Shown here piece by piece: positions 8,661-14,965 of a DNA stretch of 37,271 nucleotides; within the stretch, counting starts at the first letter, position 1, and each line of letters starts with the position of its first letter. This DNA is from a virus (Duplodnaviria > Caudoviricetes): the IMG/VR virus record IMGVR_UViG_3300025621_000026, positions 1 to 37,271 of that record; one strand, given 5' to 3'. The notes beneath the pieces are model-generated. The model saw only the letters and a list, made by a program, of their open reading frames with translations. It was not told the origin of the DNA and ran no database searches. Position numbers and translations under genes: made by a program.

Positions 8661-8792
8661 GTCTTTTCTTCACTTTTTTACAATTAATTTAGGTCAAAAA
8701 TACTGTTCAGTCGAAATAGTCACCTTAGCGACTTCGACTGTTAGCTTTCCTTTTCTTGTTAACTCTCTCCTGTTAGCTGTTTAGTCAAAAGT

Positions 8793-8807
8793 GCTTAAAA
8801 ATTAAGC
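8793..8807. promoter_or_regulatory. Fis-consensus site
   Basis: GCTTAAAAATTAAGC matches G-N2-YR-W5-YR-N2-C at every position. Confidence 0.55.
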
Positions 8808-8967
8808 AGTTATGCTTGTTAGCTATATAGACTATCTGTCTCTAATTAACCCTTATTTGTTCTTAAAATACCCTATTTTGTATCTGAGGTGGTACTACAA
8901 ATATACAACGCAGACCAAGCCCTCCCCGGGGGTGTTGTTGTAGCTACGCAACAGTAATTGGGGACAG

Positions 8968-9032
8968 AGTTATCCACAGGTTATCCACAACTGTATAGAC
9001 ATACAGGTAAAGTTATCCACAGGTTATCCACA
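8968..9032 (+). promoter_or_regulatory. Four perfect DnaA boxes in two tandem pairs
   Basis: TTATCCACA at 8970, 8981, 9013 and 9024; the 22-mer AGTTATCCACAGGTTATCCACA is repeated at 8968 and 9011. Confidence 0.9.
8991..9006. promoter_or_regulatory. LexA (SOS) box, Beta/Gammaproteobacterial type
   Basis: CTGT-ATAGACAT-ACAG = CTGT-N8-ACAG; 14/16 match to CTGTATATATATACAG. Confidence 0.75.
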
Positions 9033-9156
9033 GGCTATATAGTCATGTGTGAGGGTCTATGCTGGTGGCTATACAGTTAGACAGACAGACCAGACAACCT
9101 ATAGCAAAAGACTATCAAGATAAGCAGCCGATTAAAACATACAATCAACAAAAGTA

Positions 9157-9184
9157 TTGACAGCGTAGAAAACTACGTTATCAT
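9157..9184 (+). promoter_or_regulatory. Early sigma70-type promoter
   Basis: TTGACA-16 nt-TATCAT, 35 nt upstream of the first early ORF. Confidence 0.65.
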
Positions 9185-9219
9185 TGATACATCAACAACC
9201 AAACCTAAAGGGGTTAACA

Positions 9220-9339
9220 ATGACAACATATAAACAGCGTCAATTTAAAAGAGACTTAAAGCGTAGCCTACCTAGTTTCTTAGCGTCAGTCATGCTAGTG
9301 TCGATCTTGACGCTAGGTTTTATTGTCTTTTCTATCTAA
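9220..9339 (+). CDS. 39-aa single-pass membrane microprotein (not in ORF track)
   Basis: AAGGGG RBS; MTTYKQRQFKRDLKRSLPSFLASVMLVSILTLGFIVFSI. Confidence 0.7.
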   Translation: MTTYKQRQFKRDLKRSLPSFLASVMLVSILTLGFIVFSI

Positions 9340-9348
9340 GGGGTTAAC

Positions 9349-9996
9349 ATGATACGCATTAGCAAGACAAGTAAACTAGATGGCATCCTCTCCTGGTCAC
9401 TGCAGGCCATCGAGACGTGCCCAGGGTCGCTAGGCAAAGACGGCGCATTAGTCCCGGCTTGTTCGGGTTGTTATGCCACCACTGGTAACTATAACTTTCC
9501 CAACGTCAAAGCCCCACGGCTAGAGAATAAACAAGACTGGCAACGTGACGCATGGGTTGCCGATATGGTTAAACAGTTAGACAGTAGCCGTTATTTCCGT
9601 TGGTTTGACAGTGGTGATATGTACGCCATCGGGTTAGCCGATAAGATGTTAGAAATTATGGAAGCAACGCCGTGGGTTAAGCACTGGCTACCAACCCGCA
9701 TGGCTAAGTTTCCTAAGTTTGCTAAAGTTATAGCTAAGATGCAAGCGTTGCCTAATGTGATGGTTAGGTTTTCAAGCGATAGCGTATCGGGTGAATTTGA
9801 TGCCCGTCATGGTTCCGTTATCATTGATAACCCCGAAGCATTGCCCAGTGGTGCTACCTTGTGTGAAGCATACGCTAACGACGGTAAGTGTAACGGGTGT
9901 CGCTCATGTTACAACAAAGACGTGCCAGTTATTGCATATCCGGCGCATGGGCGTAAGATGGCTAAGGTTATCCGTATTTTGTCCAACAAGGTTTAA
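9349..9996 (+). CDS. GP88-family Cys-rich protein
   Basis: SKTSKL..WSL....CPG, CSGCYA..GNY, YFRWFDSGD, HWLPTR, C-terminal C..C..CRSC. Confidence 0.75.
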   Translation: MIRISKTSKLDGILSWSLQAIETCPGSLGKDGALVPACSGCYATTGNYNFPNVKAPRLENKQDWQRDAWVADMVKQLDSSRYFRWFDSGDMYAIGLADKMLEIMEATPWVKHWLPTRMAKFPKFAKVIAKMQALPNVMVRFSSDSVSGEFDARHGSVIIDNPEALPSGATLCEAYANDGKCNGCRSCYNKDVPVIAYPAHGRKMAKVIRILSNKV

Positions 9997-10006
9997 GGGG
10001 TTTAGA

Positions 10007-10108
10007 ATGAAACAGTTTATTATTGACGGTTTAGGTTATGCCATGTTTACAATGGTAGGTGTGGTTTTGTTAGCCGCATATTTTGATGTATTATATTTCA
10101 CACAGTAA
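10007..10108 (+). CDS. 33-aa membrane microprotein
   Basis: AAGGGG RBS; MKQFIIDGLGYAMFTMVGVVLLAAYFDVLYFTQ (likely true start of track ORF 9791..10108). Confidence 0.65.
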   Translation: MKQFIIDGLGYAMFTMVGVVLLAAYFDVLYFTQ

Positions 10109-10117
10109 GGGGATAAA

Positions 10118-10258
10118 ATGACTGAAGAGCAATTGTTTGAGTTTTTTGCATACCTTGCCGATTACATTAATGAGGAGCTAGAAAGAGGGGCCACTATTGA
10201 CAAGTACAGTATTAGTGATGCTTACTTATCTTTTATGGGGGGTTCTGACGATGAATGA
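10118..10258 (+). CDS. 46-aa acidic protein (not in ORF track)
   Basis: AAGGGG RBS; MTEEQLFEFFAYLADYINEELERGATIDKYSISDAYLSFMGGSDDE. Confidence 0.7.
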   Translation: MTEEQLFEFFAYLADYINEELERGATIDKYSISDAYLSFMGGSDDE

Positions 10259-10267
10259 GGGGGTTTT

Positions 10268-10456
10268 ATGCTAAAAGCAACATACATAAACGTTGAAGAC
10301 GGTATATGCGCTACTGTCACCGAAGTGACTAAAGGTTATGCGGTAACCTTGATCGACGCCGACAGTGAAAGTATAGTAGCTACTAGGGTTTACGATAACG
10401 TTGACCAAGCGAGGGTTTGGGCGTTAGAATTTATTAAAGGGGTAAAACATGATTGA
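10268..10456 (+). CDS. Early hypothetical protein
   Basis: GAGGGGG RBS; tiles with neighbouring ORFs. Confidence 0.7.
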   Translation: MLKATYINVEDGICATVTEVTKGYAVTLIDADSESIVATRVYDNVDQARVWALEFIKGVKHD

Positions 10457-10658
10457 CCAAGCGCAACACCACATTGACGAAGCCACACGGCTTATCAAAC
10501 GAGCGATTATGACCGATACCCTCATGGGCAACAATCAGGCGGAGTATGTGGCCTTCTTAGACTTATGGGAGAGTCTCTACGACCTCGACCGCCTGATAAA
10601 GAATTGGGACGAAGACGAGGACACGGTAAAACAAAACCTACTAGCAGACGAGCGTTAA
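10449..10658 (+). CDS. Early hypothetical acidic protein
   Basis: AAGGGG RBS; overlaps the upstream stop. Confidence 0.7.
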   Translation: MIDQAQHHIDEATRLIKRAIMTDTLMGNNQAEYVAFLDLWESLYDLDRLIKNWDEDEDTVKQNLLADER

Positions 10659-10730
10659 CCCTAGGACATAATCGGCAGATTCTCTAATAATACTACTATT
10701 AGACTTTCTGCCGTTGTCTCTGGGCTAGGG
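10659..10730 (+). other. Long imperfect intergenic stem-loop
   Basis: Nested pairs CCCTAG/CTAGGG, GACA/TGTC, CGGCAGA/TCTGCCG, TCTAATA/TATTAGA around loop ATACTAC. Confidence 0.75.
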
Positions 10731-10756
10731 CTTTTCCTAGGTTATCGGAGCTATAC

Positions 10757-11002
10757 ATGAAATTAGACCAACTACTACTATCGAGCGGTGGCAAATTTAT
10801 CACGGTTACCTTCACCAAAAAAGATGGCAGCCTACGCACTCTCACGGGTCGCTTAGGTGTTACCAAGCATTTAAAAGGCGGTGTAAGCACTTTAAACCCT
10901 AACCTATACGTTACCATATATGACGTGCAAAACAACGGCTATAGGGCTGTTAACCGGTCTACGATCCATTCGGTAACGTGCGAGGGGGTAACTCATGAGT
11001 AA
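10757..11002 (+). CDS. SH3/Sm-like beta-barrel protein (WYL_2-like)
   Basis: FITVTFTKKDGSLRTLTG...YDVQNNGYRAVN motif; GGAG RBS. Confidence 0.65.
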   Translation: MKLDQLLLSSGGKFITVTFTKKDGSLRTLTGRLGVTKHLKGGVSTLNPNLYVTIYDVQNNGYRAVNRSTIHSVTCEGVTHE

Positions 11003-11060
11003 TTGGTTGTTAGCGCTTGCTTTAGGGGTTATTCTGTCACTCTCACATTATCTAAACTAG
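10995..11060 (+). CDS. 21-aa hydrophobic microprotein (not in ORF track)
   Basis: GAGGGGG RBS; MSNWLLALALGVILSLSHYLN; fills the gap between neighbours. Confidence 0.5.
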   Translation: MSNWLLALALGVILSLSHYLN

Positions 11061-11068
11061 GGGTTTTT

Positions 11069-11251
11069 ATGGTATCAAATAAATTGGTAGTTTCAGGCTA
11101 CAACGACGGGGTGTTGTTAATAGAATTGACGTATAACGGGTTGTTAGACTTTAAGCAAATTGATAAGATATGCGAAACACTACGACAACCACTCAATGAC
11201 ATGGGTGAGCGTGTAACGTTTAATATCTCTATCATTGACGATAATTTTTAA
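11069..11251 (+). CDS. Early hypothetical protein
   Basis: Start moved to ATG 11069 after an AGGGG RBS. Confidence 0.65.
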   Translation: MVSNKLVVSGYNDGVLLIELTYNGLLDFKQIDKICETLRQPLNDMGERVTFNISIIDDNF

Positions 11252-11260
11252 GGGGTTACC

Positions 11261-11485
11261 ATGAAAAAGTACAAGGTTACAGTGCGTAAGTGCGTCTATT
11301 ATTACGCCGATATTGAGATGCAAAGTAATGGTGTGACAGATGATGACGTGTTCGAAGATGCTTTCATCGCTATGGATGATATGGACGCTGCCTCTCTCAT
11401 TGAAGATGATGATGAGCTAGAAATCCTAGGTGTTCAAGACTTAGGCACTGGTAGATATATCAATATATACGAGGTTAGCGTATGA
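11261..11485 (+). CDS. Early acidic hypothetical protein
   Basis: AAGGGG RBS; D/E-rich centre. Confidence 0.7.
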   Translation: MKKYKVTVRKCVYYYADIEMQSNGVTDDDVFEDAFIAMDDMDAASLIEDDDELEILGVQDLGTGRYINIYEVSV

Positions 11486-11616
11486 TGTACGAAATTCAGA
11501 CTAAATGGTCACACATGGTTGTCTATCGCACCACCGAGCGTGGTAATGCGTTATATTGGCTCGAAGAGAATAACCAAGAGGGGATATTTGTGCTTGTGAA
11601 GGTGAAAAAAGTATGA
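11482..11616 (+). CDS. 44-aa hypothetical protein (not in ORF track)
   Basis: GAGG RBS, ATGA overlap; MMYEIQTKWSHMVVYRTTERGNALYWLEENNQEGIFVLVKVKKV. Confidence 0.6.
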   Translation: MMYEIQTKWSHMVVYRTTERGNALYWLEENNQEGIFVLVKVKKV

Positions 11617-11669
11617 TATATTTGGCGGGTGCTATTTTGTTTATAATTTTAATTGGGAGCTTAGAATGA
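11613..11669 (+). CDS. 18-aa hydrophobic microprotein (not in ORF track)
   Basis: ATGA-coupled on both sides; MIYLAGAILFIILIGSLE. Confidence 0.5.
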   Translation: MIYLAGAILFIILIGSLE

Positions 11670-11881
11670 GATGTAATTGCTGTAATGTAATATTATCACC
11701 ATTTGAGAGTACTACCAGGAAAGTGAGTACTAATGATTTCATTGACATTTGTGAGAAATGCTTGTCAACCATCGACGAAGATGTCAAGGTTTTGACCCGT
11801 GAAGATTTACGATCAGAAGTTGGCACGGATCTTGCAAACTATATAGACTGTTTTGACCTAACAAAGGATAATGATGAATAA
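11666..11881 (+). CDS. Small Cys4 zinc-binding protein
   Basis: CNCC...CEKC; GGGAG RBS. Confidence 0.7.
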   Translation: MRCNCCNVILSPFESTTRKVSTNDFIDICEKCLSTIDEDVKVLTREDLRSEVGTDLANYIDCFDLTKDNDE

Positions 11882-12050
11882 TAACGAAGAAGCTACGTTG
11901 TACTACACTGTTAATGACGCTATTGATGTTATCAATGCAATAGGTTTAGAATTATTTTTAGAATCTCTCTTCAAAGAGTCAAAAAAGCGTTCGTTAACCA
12001 TTGATGAGATGGAGGCTATGAGAACGTTACATGACAGTTGGGAGTTATAA
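11871..12050 (+). CDS. 59-aa hypothetical protein (not in ORF track)
   Basis: AAGGA RBS; MMNNNEEATLYY...HDSWEL; TAATG-coupled to the primase gene. Confidence 0.65.
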   Translation: MMNNNEEATLYYTVNDAIDVINAIGLELFLESLFKESKKRSLTIDEMEAMRTLHDSWEL

Positions 12051-13651
12051 TGGCTAACTACAAAAAGATGCATATACCCTGCGACCATTGCGGAAGTAGT
12101 GATGCAGCAGTTATCAACGAAGATGACTCGAAATATTGCTTTAAGTGCAATGTGCGAGACAAGCCACAGAATGGATTTAATATGGTTACCCTACCACAGG
12201 TATCAACCACACCCCAAAAGCCTCACCTGAGCCGTTCTGATGCGTTTCAGAGCGGTATTAGTGACCGACGGTTGGCGCTAAAGACAGTCGAGGCTTATGG
12301 TGTTAAGTTAACAAACGAAGGAGAGGTGTTATTTCCCTACTTTGACAAAACAGGTACGCAGGTTGCCAACAAGGTGCGGAGTAAGGATAAACAGTTTAAG
12401 GTTGAAGGTGAGTGGAAGACAGCCCTATTGTTTGGTCAAAACAACTTCTCTAAGGGTGGTGATGTTGTTACCATTTGCGAAGGTGAGTTTGATGCGTTAA
12501 GTGCCTACCAGATGATGGGTGGTAAGCAAGCTGTTGTCAGTATCCGCTCAGGTGCTCAGTCAGCGCTTAGTGACTGTAAGGCATCCTACGAGTGGTTAGA
12601 CTCATTCAGTAAGGTTGTTATCTGTTTCGACAATGATGAGGTTGGTCGTGAAGCTGCGAACAAAGTGGCTGACTTGTTTGGTGGTAAGGCGTTGTTATTC
12701 CAACATAGTCAACAACACAAAGACGCTAGTGACTGGTTGGTGCAACGTGCTGAGGTATTATTCTCTCAGGCGTGGTTAGCATCTGAGAAGTATAAGCCAG
12801 AGGGTATTGTCACCATTACCGACATCAAGCAAAGGCTGTTAACCCCACCAGTGCCGGGTGTGCCGTGGTGTTTCTCTACGCTAACAGGGTTGACCTATGG
12901 GAGACGTAAGGGTGAGTTATATGCTTTTGGTGCGGGTGTGGGTGTTGGTAAAACTGACGTATTCACACAGCAGATAGCCTACGACATCGAGACGTTGAAC
13001 AAGAAGGTGGGTGTTATCTACCTAGAGCAAAACGTGGTCGAGACAGGGCAACGGGTGATGGGTAAGTTAGACCAACGGCTATACCATGTACCTGACGCTG
13101 ACTGGAACCGTACACAGTATGAGGAGAGTGTTAACCGAATTGAGGAGCGTGATCAGCTATACATGATGGAGCACTTTGGGGCTATGGATTGGAAGACGAT
13201 TAAGGGCATCATTAAGTACTTTAACAAGGCGTATGACATTGAGCATATCTACCTAGACCACCTGACAGCGTTATCGGCGCAGGAGCAGGATGAGCGTAGG
13301 GCACTTGATGGCATCATGGCAGACATGGCATCGTTGGCGCAGGAGCTTGGCATCATCATCCACTTCATTAGTCACCTGACAACGCCAGAGGGTAAGTCTC
13401 ACGAAGAAGGTGGACGTGTGATGGAGAAGCATTTCACAGGCTCACGGGCTATTGCACGTTGGTCGCACTACATGTTTGGGTTAGAGCGTAACAAGCAGCA
13501 CACAGACCCGATTAAGCGACAGACAACGACGTTTAGGGTGTTGAAGGATCGGTTTACTGGTCGAGCAACAGGTATTAAATTTGGCTTGCAGTATAACCAA
13601 AACAATGGTATACTACGTGAATCAGAGCTTTTAATGGATGATGTATTATGA
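12050..13651 (+). CDS. DNA primase-helicase (T7 gp4-like)
   Basis: Zn finger CDHCGSSD..CFKC, TOPRIM ICEGEFDA and CFDNDEVG, Walker A GVGVGKT, IYLDHL, ISHL; start moved to 12050. Confidence 0.95.
   Translation: MANYKKMHIPCDHCGSSDAAVINEDDSKYCFKCNVRDKPQNGFNMVTLPQVSTTPQKPHLSRSDAFQSGISDRRLALKTVEAYGVKLTNEGEVLFPYFDKTGTQVANKVRSKDKQFKVEGEWKTALLFGQNNFSKGGDVVTICEGEFDALSAYQMMGGKQAVVSIRSGAQSALSDCKASYEWLDSFSKVVICFDNDEVGREAANKVADLFGGKALLFQHSQQHKDASDWLVQRAEVLFSQAWLASEKYKPEGIVTITDIKQRLLTPPVPGVPWCFSTLTGLTYGRRKGELYAFGAGVGVGKTDVFTQQIAYDIETLNKKVGVIYLEQNVVETGQRVMGKLDQRLYHVPDADWNRTQYEESVNRIEERDQLYMMEHFGAMDWKTIKGIIKYFNKAYDIEHIYLDHLTALSAQEQDERRALDGIMADMASLAQELGIIIHFISHLTTPEGKSHEEGGRVMEKHFTGSRAIARWSHYMFGLERNKQHTDPIKRQTTTFRVLKDRFTGRATGIKFGLQYNQNNGILRESELLMDDVL
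13586..13614 (+). promoter_or_regulatory. Possible internal promoter at the end of primase-helicase
   Basis: TTGCAG-17 nt ending TGG-TATACT. Confidence 0.45.
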
Positions 13652-13788
13652 TGGAAGACTACGGGTATTGTAGTAAGACGGGCGTATGCTTCAACCCTTT
13701 CGGTATCAAGCCTGAGTGGGTGCAGAAACGAGCATACAAGATACGACATGGGTTGTTAATTGAACAGACACAGGAGGCGTTGTTTTGA
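13648..13788 (+). CDS. 46-aa protein ending in QEALF (not in ORF track)
   Basis: Overlaps the primase stop and the next start; MMEDYGYCSKTGVCFNPFGIKPEWVQKRAYKIRHGLLIEQTQEALF. Confidence 0.6.
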   Translation: MMEDYGYCSKTGVCFNPFGIKPEWVQKRAYKIRHGLLIEQTQEALF

Positions 13789-13970
13789 CAGAGACTATTG
13801 GAACATCAAAAGTAACATTAATCCGTGAGAACGAGGACGGTAGTGCAGACTATCAACTCAACTTTTCACCGGAGGAGTTGGATGCGTTGACTAGGCTAGG
13901 TATATTAACCGCACTTCAAGTGGCGATTGAAGATGCTAAACGCCTAAATCCAGAGGAAGATGATGACTGA
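13785..13970 (+). CDS. Hypothetical protein
   Basis: TTG start with AGGAGG RBS; ENEDGSA motif. Confidence 0.7.
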   Translation: MTETIGTSKVTLIRENEDGSADYQLNFSPEELDALTRLGILTALQVAIEDAKRLNPEEDDD

Positions 13971-14163
13971 TAAGATAACTAAGGATGGTGTGGCCTGCAT
14001 CGACTTAAACTACTATTGGCGACCGATAGAGGAAGCACCACACGGTGTTAAGTTACAATTACTAAGTATGTATGGTGTGGCCTCTCACGGGTCGTTATCA
14101 CCTGCTATAATTGAAGATGGTTTCTGGATTGGCTGGACACCCTTACCACGACGGAGGAAGTAA
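13960..14163 (+). CDS. Hypothetical protein (DUF551-like)
   Basis: WRPIEEAP...GWTPLP pattern. Confidence 0.65.
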   Translation: MMTDKITKDGVACIDLNYYWRPIEEAPHGVKLQLLSMYGVASHGSLSPAIIEDGFWIGWTPLPRRRK

Positions 14164-14591
14164 TGATTGACAACATAACCCTATGGCACAAACATGCTCG
14201 ACCAGAACCAACGGTGCGTGACCTAGATGTTCAGATAGGCTGTCACATTGAGGAGTTCATTGAGATGATGGATTCGTTGAACATAGACGCTAACAGTGAC
14301 TTGGCTAGGGCGCTTGATGATTTAGAGGAGTTCGCTGACGCATTGAAGGCAGGTGTTAAAACTGTATCATCAATAGATCGTGAGCCGCTACTTGACTCAC
14401 TAGCAGATCAAATTGTTACAGCTGTCGGTGTTGGTGTATGCGCTAAGATGGATATGGATGCTGCCGTAGAGGAAGTTAACCGCAGTAACTGGTCTAAGTT
14501 CAATTACAAAGGCTACCCTAAGTTCGATGAGAACGGTAAGGTTAAGAAGGGTGAGCATTATCGTAAGCCTGATTTGAAGGGGATGTTTTGA
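14163..14591 (+). CDS. MazG-like all-alpha NTP pyrophosphohydrolase
   Basis: HIEEFIE, LDSLADQIVTAVG, EEVNRSNWSKF, DENGKVKKG..Y.KPDL. Confidence 0.8.
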   Translation: MIDNITLWHKHARPEPTVRDLDVQIGCHIEEFIEMMDSLNIDANSDLARALDDLEEFADALKAGVKTVSSIDREPLLDSLADQIVTAVGVGVCAKMDMDAAVEEVNRSNWSKFNYKGYPKFDENGKVKKGEHYRKPDLKGMF

Positions 14592-14965
14592 TTAACACAT
14601 CTTTTGTTAAGTTGAATGAGCTAATCTCGGAAGGTGATTGGGAGTATTTTGAAGATCGTGAGATGTCAATGCGTGAAGCCGCAGGAAGGATTAAGTTTAT
14701 GAAGGATGTAACAGAGACGCTAGAGCAGCGTGAGGGACGTTATGGTGAGTACAAGGATGTGTCAGCCACATCACAGTGGTTAAAAGATATCATGCATGCG
14801 GGGGATAGTTGGAATGCGATGGAACCCTATATGCAGGAGAGCTTGGACTTGATTGCTAACAAGCTGGCACGTATTGTTAACGGTGACCCCTTCTATGATG
14901 ACAGTTGGCACGATGTAGGGGGTTATGCAAAGTTAGTTGAAATTGAACTTGCTAAGGGGAAGTAA
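14588..14965 (+). CDS. DUF6378-like helical protein (start uncertain; alternative ATG 14699)
   Basis: LEQREGRYG, KLARIVNGDP, DSWHDVGGYAKL. Confidence 0.7.
   Translation: MINTSFVKLNELISEGDWEYFEDREMSMREAAGRIKFMKDVTETLEQREGRYGEYKDVSATSQWLKDIMHAGDSWNAMEPYMQESLDLIANKLARIVNGDPFYDDSWHDVGGYAKLVEIELAKGK

Noticed and set aside
8968-9032. Mini CRISPR array, or captured host oriC
   Set aside because: Only two 22-nt repeats, made wholly of DnaA boxes, with a 21-nt spacer and no cas genes. No dnaA/gidA flanks, GATC cluster or clear DnaA-trio run is visible, and the flanks are phage-like.
9062-9076. Second LexA box CTGGTGGCTATACAG
   Set aside because: CTG-N9-CAG is one base short of the required spacing.
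9113-9156. IHF sites (TATCAA, AATCAA)
   Set aside because: The downstream TTR of WATCAANNNNTTR is missing.
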